Virus record (IMG/VR): IMGVR_UViG_2690315872_000001
Span: 1-64,000 of that record
Source of the DNA: a virus
Taxonomy: Duplodnaviria; Caudoviricetes
Length of the DNA: 64,000 nt
Strand: one strand, 5' to 3'
Part shown: piece after piece, positions 52,689 through 62,113 of the stretch
Layout of the letters: every line of letters starts with the position of its first letter
Numbering within the stretch: position 1 is the first letter of the stretch
Program-made: the position numbers and the translations under genes
The notes under the pieces: model-generated
Databases searched by the model: none
What the model saw: the letters and a program-made list of their open reading frames with translations, nothing else
What the model was told of the DNA's origin: nothing

Positions 52689-53577
52689 GCAGGTTCATGG
52701 CCTTGCGGACGCTGTCCGGCATGCGGTTCAGCCAGCCCTGCAGGTCCTTCTGAGCCTTGTCGTCGAGTGTGCCCAGCCACTTCACGCTGCCGATGCGTTT
52801 GCCGACCTCGGTCACGCGGGTGGGGTCCACCTTCAGCGGCGTCGGGCGGGCTTCCAGGGCGGCGCGGCGGGCCTTGACCTCCCGGTACCCGGCGCCGCCC
52901 AGCGCCAGGGCCAGCAGCTCCGCCTGGTGCGCGTCAGGCGCGGCGGCGATCACGGCCGCGATGCTGTAGTGCAGCCCCGCCTGCATGGCCTGCACGATCG
53001 CCTCCGGGTACCGCAGCACGCGGAGCTTGTTCGTGGTGAACGACTGCCAGCTGCCCAGGCTCGCGGCGGCGAACAGCTGCTCGAGTACGTCGCGGTCCTC
53101 GGTGTTCGTGCCGCGCGCGGCGGCGTACATGCGGGCCCGGGCGGTGTCCTCGTCCACGCCGAGCGTCAGCGCGACGAGGCGCAGGGTGGCGGCCGCTTCC
53201 TCGTACTGGTTGAGGTCCTCGCGGTGCAGGTTCTCCAGCAGCGCGGCGCGGGTGGCCTGCTCGTCGGTGAGGTCGCGCACGTACACGGGCACTTCGGTGA
53301 GTCCGGCCTGCTGCGCGGCGCGCCAGCGGCGTTCCCCGGCGATGATCTCGTGCCCGTCCGGCGCGGGGCGCACGAGCAGCGGCTGGAGCACGCCCTGCTT
53401 CCGGATGCTGTCCGCCAGGTCCGCCAGCGCCTGCGGGTCGAAGTGCCGCCGGGGCTGGAAGGCAGCCGGGCGCAGATCCGCGACGGGCAGGGTGATGCTT
53501 GGCATGTCTGCCAGGGAGGACGCGCCGTTCAGCAGGTCCTCGATGCCGGGGCGTGGCGTGGGGCGCCGGCGGGTCAT
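52681..53577 (-). CDS. parB: ParB/Spo0J partition protein
   Basis: [36 protein letters not shown]. Confidence 0.95.
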   Translation of the reverse strand: MTRRRPTPRPGIEDLLNGASSLADMPSITLPVADLRPAAFQPRRHFDPQALADLADSIRKQGVLQPLLVRPAPDGHEIIAGERRWRAAQQAGLTEVPVYVRDLTDEQATRAALLENLHREDLNQYEEAAATLRLVALTLGVDEDTARARMYAAARGTNTEDRDVLEQLFAAASLGSWQSFTTNKLRVLRYPEAIVQAMQAGLHYSIAAVIAAAPDAHQAELLALALGGAGYREVKARRAALEARPTPLKVDPTRVTEVGKRIGSVKWLGTLDDKAQKDLQGWLNRMPDSVRKAMNLPD

Positions 53578-54341
53578 GCCGTCACCGCCACGTCGAGGTT
53601 CAGGGCGCGCGCGACGTCCGACGTGAGGCGCAGCACGTCCTGATGCACGGGGCTGCCCGGGGCGTACACGCCCACGGGGCTGCCGTCCGTCGTGGAGTCC
53701 AGCCACACGGCCGCGCGCTCCGGCACCGGCTCCCCCAGGGGCGTCAGGCCGTCACGGAGCATGGCCAGCACCTCACGGTCATGACTACGCCGGTCGTTGT
53801 ACATCGTCGGGACGTACAGCGCCACGCGCAGCTCCGGCTGGAGTCGCCGGTAGAGCCGCGTGGCCTTCTGCAGGCCGGGCAGCGCGTCAAGGCCCTTCTG
53901 CCGGGTGGGGATGGGCACGATCAACCGGTCGGCGGCCGCGGCGCCCAGGATGGCCAGCTGCCCGACGCTGGGCGGGCTGTCGACGAGCACCACGTCATAC
54001 CGGTCCCGCACGTGCTCCAGCGCCTGCCGCAGGAACAACTGCGAGCCGGGCGCGCCCAGCATGCCCGTCTCCGCGAGCGCCAGGTCCACCTGACTGGGGA
54101 TCAGGTGCATGCCGTGCACCTCGATCGGCTCGGGCAGCGCCTCACCCTCGGTCGCCACCTCGTACACCGTGGCGGCCAGCGTGACGCCCCGGACGCCCAG
54201 CCAGGACGTCAGGTTCGCCTGCGGGTCAAGGTCGATCAGGAGGACGCGCAGGCCCGCGCGGGACAGCTCGTACCCGACGTCACGGGTGATGCTGGTCTTC
54301 CCCGCTCCCCCGGCATGGTTGAACACCGTTGCTGTGATCAC
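53574..54341 (-). CDS. parA: ParA partition ATPase
   Basis: [28 protein letters not shown]. Confidence 0.95.
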   Translation of the reverse strand: MITATVFNHAGGAGKTSITRDVGYELSRAGLRVLLIDLDPQANLTSWLGVRGVTLAATVYEVATEGEALPEPIEVHGMHLIPSQVDLALAETGMLGAPGSQLFLRQALEHVRDRYDVVLVDSPPSVGQLAILGAAAADRLIVPIPTRQKGLDALPGLQKATRLYRRLQPELRVALYVPTMYNDRRSHDREVLAMLRDGLTPLGEPVPERAAVWLDSTTDGSPVGVYAPGSPVHQDVLRLTSDVARALNLDVAVTA

Positions 54342-54383
54342 GAGGCGAGCATACCCCGACCACGCGCAACGAGCCAGAAATCA

Positions 54384-54407
54384 CCCCCCGGCAGGCAACC
54401 GGGGGGA
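54384..54407. terminator. Hairpin upstream of parA
   Basis: CCCCCCGG-CAGGCAA-CCGGGGGG. Confidence 0.5.
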
Positions 54408-54442
54408 TCTAGCGAGGTGCCCCTCGCGACAGGTTCAGTGTA

Positions 54443-54817
54443 TCACTCGTGCGTAGCGGTGGCGCGGCTGGTGGCATTCCGTCTGGCGAGGCGTTCCAGG
54501 ATGTCGGGGTGGTCGTCGAGGACCTCGTCGGTTTCCCGGTCGCCGGTGTAGTGGGTGCCAGCGGCGGTGCGGCGCAGGGTGTGCGCCTCCGGGGTCACGG
54601 TGAACAGTTTAGCTGCCTGAACGGGACGTCCGAGCAGGGCGCTCAGCACGTTGACGATCTTGGAGAGGGATTCGAGGTCGATGCGTTTGACGCCGCTTTG
54701 GCGGGTCATGGCGTAGATGGTGTTGCGGTTGAGTTGCCCTTCCAGTTCGCGTTCCAGGCGGTACGCGCTGATGTCGTGGGCCTGCATCAGCCGGTGCAGA
54801 TCGAAAGTGACGGTCAT
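54443..54817 (-). CDS. Cro/C1-type HTH regulator
   Basis: [15 protein letters not shown]...NRNTIY...[15 protein letters not shown]. Confidence 0.8.
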   Translation of the reverse strand: MTVTFDLHRLMQAHDISAYRLERELEGQLNRNTIYAMTRQSGVKRIDLESLSKIVNVLSALLGRPVQAAKLFTVTPEAHTLRRTAAGTHYTGDRETDEVLDDHPDILERLARRNATSRATATHE

Positions 54818-54874
54818 ATACCGAAATGGTAGGACACTCCATCATAGATTGGAGTAAGGCGGGGTACATTGACC

Positions 54875-54908
54875 AAAAAAGCGTCAGCCCCGACCGCGAA
54901 GGTCGGGG
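54875..54908 (-). terminator. Terminator of the minus-strand accessory operon
   Basis: CCCCGACC-GCGAA-GGTCGGGG with an A6 tract on its left. Confidence 0.6.
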
Positions 54909-54940
54909 GATCAGTGAGTAACCCCAGATGGATGGATAGT

Positions 54941-55204
54941 CTACCGCGCGGTGGCGCGACCGCGACTTCTGCTGTCACGTTGTTGCTTATGCGGAGAGGC
55001 ATTGTGGGTGGGCGTCGCCTGAGTATGGGGCCATTCCCGAGCCGTCACGGTTACATGCTCGGGGGGCATTTCGTCACTCCCATAATACATCCGACACGCA
55101 CGCTTGATTGCATCCTTTTCAGTTTGAGCTTCAACCAAAACATGCTCGACCCCAAATCTTTGCACCAGGCTTACTCTGAATGATTTGAATCCATGGACCT
55201 TCAC
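54941..55204 (-). CDS. Hypothetical protein (lower GC)
   Basis: GTGA coupling. Confidence 0.5.
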   Translation of the reverse strand: MKVHGFKSFRVSLVQRFGVEHVLVEAQTEKDAIKRACRMYYGSDEMPPEHVTVTAREWPHTQATPTHNASPHKQQRDSRSRGRATAR

Positions 55205-55599
55205 GTCCCCTCCCCGCCCAGCGCGCCCAGCAGCGCCAGGGCCAGAGCGTGCGCGGGGGTGTCGGACAGGCCCTGAAACGGCTGGGCAAACACGCGCCGC
55301 TCAACCTCGGCACCGAACCCGTGACCCGGAAGTCCCGCCCAGGTGCGCCACATCCACCCGCGCGCCTGGCATTCCTGCCGCAGCGCCGTCTCCAGGTACA
55401 CGAGGCTCTCCGGGAACGAGTGATCACCCAGCTCGCCGATGCTGTAGACGCCGTGCCAGCCCAGCTGGTCACCGTCGCCCTGCACGAACGCTTCCAGCAT
55501 GATCAGGCCCCACTGCTCGGTCAGGTCGGCCTCCCTGATCCGCTCGGGCAGGTGCCGGTGCAGGGCGCGCAGGGTCTCGGGGAGGGAGGGGGCGGTCAC
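55201..55599 (-). CDS. Hypothetical protein
   Basis: GGAGG RBS, GTGA coupling. Confidence 0.65.
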   Translation of the reverse strand: MTAPSLPETLRALHRHLPERIREADLTEQWGLIMLEAFVQGDGDQLGWHGVYSIGELGDHSFPESLVYLETALRQECQARGWMWRTWAGLPGHGFGAEVERRVFAQPFQGLSDTPAHALALALLGALGGEGT

Positions 55600-56126
55600 G
55601 TGCGCCTCCCTCCGTGCCGGTACGCCCGCTGACGGTTGGCCGCCAGGATCTCGTGGACGACCTCCACGGGCGCCCGCTTCGGGGAGTAGCGGCGCATGGC
55701 GTCCCAGGCGTGGGAGACGAGGACATGCAGCCGGTTCAGGACGGCCGGGCGCCACTCCTCGCTCTTCCGGTAGTGCTCCAGGGCCTGACTGGTCAGGGTG
55801 TGCAGGTGCATCAGTGTTTCCGTCCAGCCCTCAGCGCGCAGGTCACGGTCCCCGATCCAGCAGTACTCGGCGTCGCACCCGGCCCAGTAGCCCGGCTGGA
55901 TGAGCTGCCCGAGGTCGAGGGCACGCACGATCACGTCGCCCAGTTCGCGCACGGCCTCCCGGGGCGTCTTGGCGGTCCACGCTTCGGTCACCTCACTGTG
56001 GATGAGGGCGAGGTAGCCGGGCAGCTCGTCGCGGTTGGCGTCCGGGTTGAAATCGAGGCCCCAGCCGTTGGCGGCGTTGATGGTGCGGGCCTCGGTGGCG
56101 AGGTCGTTCAGTAGCGGGTCAATCAT
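55596..56126 (-). CDS. MazG-like NTP pyrophosphohydrolase 1
   Basis: LALIHSEVTEA...ELGDVIVRALD...NRQRAYRHGGR. Confidence 0.8.
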   Translation of the reverse strand: MIDPLLNDLATEARTINAANGWGLDFNPDANRDELPGYLALIHSEVTEAWTAKTPREAVRELGDVIVRALDLGQLIQPGYWAGCDAEYCWIGDRDLRAEGWTETLMHLHTLTSQALEHYRKSEEWRPAVLNRLHVLVSHAWDAMRRYSPKRAPVEVVHEILAANRQRAYRHGGRRT

Positions 56127-56216
56127 GGTGTACCTCGGTGGTGTGCGCCAGCGCCCGCAGGTGCCGACGCTGCGCGGGGCGGGAGAGGGAGAGGAACTCG
56201 GCGGGGGAGAGGGAGG

Positions 56217-56441
56217 TCACCTGGAAGCCTCAACGGGGATGAGGTTCCGAGGGAGCACGGCCACTTCATGAGCGCGTCCCTTGCGATCAACGATCCGAAT
56301 CAGCAGGCGTCCCTCAGCGGATGTCCGGCGTAACACGGTGCCCTCCTCAGGGCGAAGGAAGCTGTTGAAGTCGCACCGAAGCCGCACGCGCTGGCCTTTC
56401 TTGAACCCGTACAGGTCCTCTGGAGCGTCCAAGCTGCTCAC
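56217..56441 (-). CDS. Small SH3/KOW-like beta protein
   Basis: FKKGQRVRL...EGTVL. Confidence 0.55.
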   Translation of the reverse strand: MSSLDAPEDLYGFKKGQRVRLRCDFNSFLRPEEGTVLRRTSAEGRLLIRIVDRKGRAHEVAVLPRNLIPVEASR

Positions 56442-56657
56442 GCCCCCTCCCCCTGCCCCTCGCTGCAGTGCGGGCAGGGCACTTCTGCGTCATCGTCGAT
56501 CAGTACCCGGCCTGATCCCTCACAGATGCAGGGGCGGGGAGCGTCGAAGGTCTGCACAGGCGGAACAACGACGGTCCTCAATTCGCCGGTCCAGGGGTCG
56601 CGGATCACGATGGTGTCAGGGAAACTGCTCACGCCCCCTCCCCCTGCCCCTCGCTGC
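56434..56657. repeat. 33-bp direct repeat pair at gene junctions (56434-56466 and 56625-56657)
   Basis: CTGCTCACGCCCCCTCCCCCTGCCCCTCGCTGC, identical twice. Confidence 0.85.
56438..56632 (-). CDS. Small Cys-rich protein
   Basis: CICEGSG...CPHC. Coupled on both sides. Confidence 0.6.
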   Translation of the reverse strand: MSSFPDTIVIRDPWTGELRTVVVPPVQTFDAPRPCICEGSGRVLIDDDAEVPCPHCSEGQGEGA

Positions 56658-56940
56658 CCACCCCGGCCTGAGCAGAGGTGTCCTCTGGGAAGGTCAGACG
56701 GGCGGGCAGGCCACAGGCCGGGCACACGTCCCCGCCGCGTTCCTCGCTCTTGATGATGCCGCGCGTGACGTGCCCGGACACGCAGCGCCACCGCAGCGCG
56801 TCATACCAGCGGTCAGGGATGCCCATCCACGTCGATTCACCACGCTCAGCAGCGGCGGCCTTGTGGGGGTCAAGGTAGGCGTTCAACTCCGCGATCCGGC
56901 TCATCGCCTCGGCGGGTGTGAGTTCAGGCTGCCACGTCAC
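56629..56940 (-). CDS. Zn-ribbon hypothetical protein
   Basis: WRCVSGH...CPACG...LTFPED. Confidence 0.65.
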   Translation of the reverse strand: MTWQPELTPAEAMSRIAELNAYLDPHKAAAAERGESTWMGIPDRWYDALRWRCVSGHVTRGIIKSEERGGDVCPACGLPARLTFPEDTSAQAGVGSEGQGEGA

Positions 56941-57248
56941 AGCGACTCACCCCCGGCCTGAGCGAGCGCGGCGCGGGCGATCTCACCAAAATCAACCTGT
57001 GCGTCCTCGTGCTCGTCAGGGTCCCCCGACCACAAGCGGCCTGCATGGTCGTAGTGGCGGAGCTCCGCGTAGTGCGCCAGCGCCTCCCGCAGCCCCGCCT
57101 CCGCTTCCGCCTGGGCGCGCAGGGTATGACGCAGTTGGGCGGCGCAGGTCCGCATGGCACAGGTCTCCTCGGGGGAGCCCGGCAGGCCCTCATCCCACTT
57201 ATCCGCCAGCAGCGCCAGCGGGTGTCGGGGCCGGGTCGGGGCGGTCAC
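56937..57248 (-). CDS. Hypothetical protein
   Basis: GTGA coupling. Confidence 0.55.
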   Translation of the reverse strand: MTAPTRPRHPLALLADKWDEGLPGSPEETCAMRTCAAQLRHTLRAQAEAEAGLREALAHYAELRHYDHAGRLWSGDPDEHEDAQVDFGEIARAALAQAGGESL

Positions 57249-57892
57249 AGGGTCTCCGGAGCGTAAGGGTCTGCATGGCCCGTGGCGGCGCTGACGGCGC
57301 TGGTCAACTGTTGGAGGGCCGTCCGCCCATGCCCCCGGTGGGCGCCCCGGCTGTAGCCGACGCGCCACGAGGACCAGTCCTCCATGACCTGACCGTCCGG
57401 ATGTTTCTGGACAGCGTAGATCAGTGCCTGCGCGGCACGGTCACCGTCCGTGCGCAGCGCCGCGTTCTCGGCCTCCAGTTCCGCCACGCGGGCCTGCGCG
57501 GCGGCGAGATCGGCACGCAGCTGGTCGGCCTCGCTGTGCCCTTCCTTGTAGGTCAGCTCGTCGAAGGTCAGGTCGGGGACCAGGGCCAGGAGTTCAAACA
57601 GGTGACGGATGTACGTGTGCCGCCGGGTCATCGCCTCGAACATCAGGGTGAGGTGGTCCTCATGGCGGGCCAGATCCTGGAGTTCCCACTCGTTGTAGTT
57701 CAGGGCGTCCAGCAGTTCCTGGATGTGGTGCACGACCTTCTTCCGGAGGGGCTTGTGGTTGTCACTGAGGACCTGCCCGTACTTCCGGAAGCCTTCCAGG
57801 ACGCGGTGGTCGGCAACCTGCACGAGCAGGGGCGGCAGCAGGGGCTTGATGGCTTCGGTCAGGGCGCAGGTGGGCTGTTCAATCTGGGTCAT
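57245..57892 (-). CDS. All-alpha NTP-PPase (MazG-superfamily)-like protein with coiled coil
   Basis: R...GFRKYGQVL...HHIQELLDALNY. Confidence 0.55.
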   Translation of the reverse strand: MTQIEQPTCALTEAIKPLLPPLLVQVADHRVLEGFRKYGQVLSDNHKPLRKKVVHHIQELLDALNYNEWELQDLARHEDHLTLMFEAMTRRHTYIRHLFELLALVPDLTFDELTYKEGHSEADQLRADLAAAQARVAELEAENAALRTDGDRAAQALIYAVQKHPDGQVMEDWSSWRVGYSRGAHRGHGRTALQQLTSAVSAATGHADPYAPETL

Positions 57893-58353
57893 GGGGTGTC
57901 CTTCAGCCCGAGGGCCGTGCGAATGAGGTGGGAGACGGTCACGCCCTGCTCGGCAGCCATGGCGTTCAGCTGGTCGATCAGGTCCTGGTTCAGCTCCACC
58001 GGGACCGACACGCGCTGCGGCAGGGGTGCGAAGGGGTAGTCGTACCCCAGGGCGTGCAGGTCCCCGCGGAGGGCGACGGCGTGCAGCAGCCAGGCCTGCG
58101 CGGCGGGACTGCCTGGCAGGACGTCCGCGAGGCGCGCCGCCTCCTCGGTGGCGGTCCTGAGGGCCCGGCCCCACCACGTGCGGTGGTCCGGACTGTGGTC
58201 CCCCCAGGTGGCCTGCGTCTCAGCGGGGCCACCTCCCGCGTAGGCGTGCCCGTGCACACCTTCGAACGTGACGCACTGGCACGCGCGACGCGGCTTCCAG
58301 CACTGGTCACAGCGCCGCGCGAGGTTCCGCTCCTGCTCAGGCGTCAGGGTCAT
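57889..58353 (-). CDS. Hypothetical protein with a C-terminal ribbon-helix-helix
   Basis: VPVELNQDLIDQLNAMAAEQGVTVSHLIRTAL. N-terminal Cys cluster. Confidence 0.65.
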   Translation of the reverse strand: MTLTPEQERNLARRCDQCWKPRRACQCVTFEGVHGHAYAGGGPAETQATWGDHSPDHRTWWGRALRTATEEAARLADVLPGSPAAQAWLLHAVALRGDLHALGYDYPFAPLPQRVSVPVELNQDLIDQLNAMAAEQGVTVSHLIRTALGLKDTP

Positions 58354-58622
58354 GGGTTCGCCTCGACCTGCCGCTGCAGGCCTGCGAGCCCCTGGCGGGA
58401 CAGCACGAACTCTCGCAAGGCCTGCACGTCCGCCTCGCCGATCGCCATGAACGCCATGACGGGCTGACCGGCGATGCTCTCCAGGATCCCGGCGGCGACC
58501 TTTGGCAGTTCGATCAGGGCCTCGGCGGCGGTGGTGCCGTCACGGGTACGGACGGCCGTATCGGCCAAGATCATCAGCCGGCGGCGGTTGGCGAGGCTTC
58601 CGCCGGGGTGGTCAGTCGACAT
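58350..58622 (-). CDS. Hypothetical protein
   Basis: CAGGAG RBS. Confidence 0.6.
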   Translation of the reverse strand: MSTDHPGGSLANRRRLMILADTAVRTRDGTTAAEALIELPKVAAGILESIAGQPVMAFMAIGEADVQALREFVLSRQGLAGLQRQVEANP

Positions 58623-59520
58623 GTGGGTGCTCCTGGCGGGCGCGGGTGAGGTGCGCGCGGGTCTCGTCGAGTTGCGTCAGGGCGTCTACGAGGGTGAGCG
58701 CGGTGGAGTGAGCGGTGAACAGTGCGGCGCGCTGTGGGCCGGACGTCGCCTCAGCAGCGGCCCACCAACGGTCAGCGTCCTCCCGCGCGGCGGCGATCTC
58801 CTCGGCGAGGCCCTGCGTGCGGGCGGCGGCCGCGATGATCTCCGCGTCGTCAGGCTGGGCACCGTCACGCGTGCTGAGGCCCAGCGCGTCGATCAGGCTG
58901 TCGCGCAGGTCTGCCGTTTCGCGGTAGGCGGCGTCCCATTCACGGCGTTCCTGCTCGATCGTGCCGAACGCGGCCGCGTCGCGCGCTTCGAACTGACTGA
59001 ACGACCCTTCGGTGAAGCCGCACAGAGGCCGCAGGGCCTGGATGCACTGCCGCACCTGATCGCGGTCCTGCTGCGCGAGGCCGTGCAGAAGTCCACGTGA
59101 GAGCCGGCGCAACTGCAGCCGATCAGCATTCAGGCGGGCCGTTTCAGCCAGTTGCCACTCGTCGGGGGTTTCGTCGGGCTGGAGGTTCCGCTGAATGAAC
59201 ATCGTCATGGCGTCCATCAGGTGATTCATCAGGCCACTGACCGCGTCGAACGGATGTGGGAACAGCAGCACGACCTGGTCGTCCCGCTGCCCGTCCTGCA
59301 TGAACCGCTGGACGGCGTCCGCGCCGCTCTCGCCTGGGCGGAGGTCCGGCGCGGCATTCTGGAGGATGACGCCCAGCGCCCGGTTGCCCAGATTGAATGG
59401 CACGACCGTCAGGCTGTGAACGGTGTCAGGCCCGCCGAACAGCAGGACGCTGCCCTTGAAGTTCTTCTGGGCGTGCTGCTTGACCTGCTGGTAGTCCAGC
59501 CACGCGTCGCCACTCAGCAC
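58612..59520 (-). CDS. Hypothetical protein
   Basis: GGAGG RBS, 302 aa. Confidence 0.65.
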   Translation of the reverse strand: MLSGDAWLDYQQVKQHAQKNFKGSVLLFGGPDTVHSLTVVPFNLGNRALGVILQNAAPDLRPGESGADAVQRFMQDGQRDDQVVLLFPHPFDAVSGLMNHLMDAMTMFIQRNLQPDETPDEWQLAETARLNADRLQLRRLSRGLLHGLAQQDRDQVRQCIQALRPLCGFTEGSFSQFEARDAAAFGTIEQERREWDAAYRETADLRDSLIDALGLSTRDGAQPDDAEIIAAAARTQGLAEEIAAAREDADRWWAAAEATSGPQRAALFTAHSTALTLVDALTQLDETRAHLTRARQEHPHVD

Positions 59521-60065
59521 CGGCGGCCTCCGTGGCGGTAGCCGCGGTTACGGTTCGCGTCGAGGATCCCGGAGATCAGGTCGGTGGGCGTGGTGCCGCG
59601 CGGCTGCTCGCACAGCAGGACCCTGTTCGTCATGACGATCAGCGCGGCGAGGTCCATGACGAGCTGCGTGGCGGTCTGCTCGGGGGGCTGGTCCTTGGGA
59701 GCCTTGCGGTACCGCTCCAGGACGGCGCTGGTCAGAGCGTGCAGCTGCGTTTCGTGCGCGTTGCGACTCCAGCGGACGCGCAGGCGGGTCGGGAGGGGCG
59801 GGCGGCGGTGCTCGAGCGTCGTCAGGAAGTTCCCGATCAGGCCCGGGCGGATCAGTTCGCACAGGTCCAGCGCGCGGACGATCACGTCGCCCAGCTCCCG
59901 CGCGCGCTTGGCGCGGCTGCGTTCCTGGTGCGCCTCGGTGATCTCACTGTGGATCAGCGCGAGGAAGGTGGGGATCTGCTCGGGGGTGAAGTCGGTGCCC
60001 CAGCCGTTCGTGTGGTTGATGCTGCGGGTGTCGCTGGCGAGATCAGTGATGGTGCGGGTCATCAT
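59514..60065 (-). CDS. MazG-like NTP pyrophosphohydrolase 2 (paralog of 55596..56126)
   Basis: LALIHSEITEA...ELGDVIVRALD...NRNRGYRHGGR. Confidence 0.8.
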   Translation of the reverse strand: MMTRTITDLASDTRSINHTNGWGTDFTPEQIPTFLALIHSEITEAHQERSRAKRARELGDVIVRALDLCELIRPGLIGNFLTTLEHRRPPLPTRLRVRWSRNAHETQLHALTSAVLERYRKAPKDQPPEQTATQLVMDLAALIVMTNRVLLCEQPRGTTPTDLISGILDANRNRGYRHGGRRC

Positions 60066-60874
60066 GCGGCGTCCTTGGGGTGCTGGACAACGGTGGGGGT
60101 GGGGTCGAGGGGGGTGCGGAACAGGACCATGGCGCCGACGGCGCGCACCGTCAGCAGGCCGTGCGCGTCCAGCAGCGCGAGGGCCGCGCGGACGGTGTCC
60201 GGAGTGAGCTTCATCTCCTGCGCGAGCGTGTCGGGCGTGCTGCTGGTCTGCCGGGCGGAGTGGTGCCGCAGGCGGTTCAGGACGCGCGTGGCAGTGCGGG
60301 TCAGGGGCGTGGCGGGTACCTGGGGCAGGAACGACTGGAGGTGCTGGTAGCGGGTGATGGCGACGGAGCGGCTGGTGCCGTGGATGACGAGCAGCTGGGC
60401 GTCTTCCCACGTGAGGAGCGCCAGGGCGTCGGCGACGTTCACCTGGTTCTTCAGGCCGAGGGCGCTGCGGAGCTGATCGAGGCTGAACTGCTTCTTCGGG
60501 TGCCGGGCGAGGTACGCGCAGATCTGGTCGGCGGTCGCGGCGGCACTCGCCTGCCGGGCAGTGACGGTCGAGGCGCGCCGGGCCTCGCGGGCCTCCGGGG
60601 CGGCGCTGGTCTTCATTTCCGGCCACGTCACGAAGCGGTACTCGAAGGGAGGCTTGGCGTACCCCTTGCGGCGCGTCCCGGGTCGTTTCTCAGCGGCGCC
60701 CTGCCTGACGAGACTCAGCAGGCGTTTGCTGGTCAGGGTCGGGTCGGCCGCCTGCTCACCGATCGAGGCACGCACCTCACCGCACACCAGCCACCGGCCC
60801 GCGTTCGCGTGCAGCGCACGGGCTTCCAGGGTGCCCTGCGTGGCGGTGGCCGGGTCGATGGGGCGGACGGTCAC
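60062..60874 (-). CDS. Multi-winged-helix DNA-binding protein
   Basis: Three wHTH-like segments, e.g. PDTLAQEMKLTPDTVRAALALLDAHGLL. Confidence 0.6.
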   Translation of the reverse strand: MTVRPIDPATATQGTLEARALHANAGRWLVCGEVRASIGEQAADPTLTSKRLLSLVRQGAAEKRPGTRRKGYAKPPFEYRFVTWPEMKTSAAPEAREARRASTVTARQASAAATADQICAYLARHPKKQFSLDQLRSALGLKNQVNVADALALLTWEDAQLLVIHGTSRSVAITRYQHLQSFLPQVPATPLTRTATRVLNRLRHHSARQTSSTPDTLAQEMKLTPDTVRAALALLDAHGLLTVRAVGAMVLFRTPLDPTPTVVQHPKDAA

Positions 60875-61161
60875 TCGCCCCTCCAGGGTTTCGTGACCTC
60901 GTACCGCTGCGCCTGCCCCTGCTGCTCGGTACCCAGGTGCGTCAACGTGAACCCCTGGTCCTTCGCGGCCTGCACGTACGCCTCAATGTCCTCCGGGCTC
61001 GGTACGTCGTCCGCGTACCCTTCGAACAGCACGTGGAAGCGCCGGAGGGTGGGGCTGCGCTTCGGGTGGATGGACACCCAGAACTGCGGGCGGGTGTAGC
61101 ACCGCCTGACGCCCCGGTGCCCGTAGTTGAAGGCCTGGAGGATGAAGTCCTGGGTGTTCAC
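60871..61161 (-). CDS. Hypothetical protein
   Basis: Coupled on both sides. Confidence 0.6.
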   Translation of the reverse strand: MNTQDFILQAFNYGHRGVRRCYTRPQFWVSIHPKRSPTLRRFHVLFEGYADDVPSPEDIEAYVQAAKDQGFTLTHLGTEQQGQAQRYEVTKPWRGE

Positions 61162-61616
61162 AGCGGCACGCCCTGCGCCTTGAGTTGCTGGCGGACGCGG
61201 GCCTGCACGGTTTCGTCCGGAGCGAAGAAGCCCAGGGAGCCCCGGCAGGGAACGGGGTCCAGGAGGCGCACGGGGGTGCCGACGTGCAGGTGCAACTGGT
61301 TCGGGTCCACCCAGGGGCCGGTGCCGTTCTGGTCCACGGCCGTGAGCGTGAAGGCGCCGATGACCGCGCCGACGGTGCAGTCGCCCTTCAGGATCCGGTG
61401 CCCGGTCAGCTGCCGGATGAACGGCACGGCCGCGTCGTCGAACGTCCGGCTGGCGTGCAGGAGAACGACCTTGCCGATCTGCCGGCGGGCCTGGGCGAGC
61501 AGGCCGGGGCTGCGGAGCCAGTCGCGGTTCTCGACGGGCTTGCCGTGGTCGAGGATGGCGGTGCCCCAGGGTTCACGGATGCTGAGGGCCAGAAGGGGCG
61601 CGGGTGGGGTGGTCAT
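61158..61616 (-). CDS. ASCH-domain protein
   Basis: ALSIREPWGTAILDHGKPVENRDW...LLHAS...GAVIG...PVPCRGSLGFF. Confidence 0.88.
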   Translation of the reverse strand: MTTPPAPLLALSIREPWGTAILDHGKPVENRDWLRSPGLLAQARRQIGKVVLLHASRTFDDAAVPFIRQLTGHRILKGDCTVGAVIGAFTLTAVDQNGTGPWVDPNQLHLHVGTPVRLLDPVPCRGSLGFFAPDETVQARVRQQLKAQGVPL

Positions 61617-62113
61617 GCGGATGCTCCGGGGTGGCTCTTGAGGGCGTACTCGTCGAGGAGGGCGGCGCGGCGCTCGTAGTACGGGGCGTCCAGGCGGCGC
61701 CGGCGGGCGAGGTCCCGCTGGTACACGGCGGCCTCGCGGAAGGCGTGGGCGCTGCCCCGGACGAATGTCAGGGCGTTCAGGAACGTGAGGACGTGCGGTC
61801 CCTGTTTCAGGGCGTAGCGGATGGCCCACAGGGGCAGGTGGTCGTGGTGGCTCAGGCGGGCGAGCAGCACGTCACTGCGCCAGAGGGCGACTTCCCGGCT
61901 GGTGTGGTCGAGGCCGCTGTTGCGCTTCCAGCGGAGGTCCGTCCAGCGGATGGCCTGCATCGCCTGCCCGCCCGGGCGGACGCTCAGGGAGAGGAACGCG
62001 TCGCACTTCGGGCAGGAGCCGTGCCCGGCGTTGTGCCCGTGCAGCATCGCGAGACTGAGGGCGACTGCCGCCTCGTGCCCGCAGGCGGGGCAGGTGAAGG
62101 GCAGGCGGCTCAC
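61613..62113 (-). CDS. Zn-ribbon hypothetical protein
   Basis: FTCPACG...CPKC. Confidence 0.6.
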   Translation of the reverse strand: MSRLPFTCPACGHEAAVALSLAMLHGHNAGHGSCPKCDAFLSLSVRPGGQAMQAIRWTDLRWKRNSGLDHTSREVALWRSDVLLARLSHHDHLPLWAIRYALKQGPHVLTFLNALTFVRGSAHAFREAAVYQRDLARRRRLDAPYYERRAALLDEYALKSHPGASA

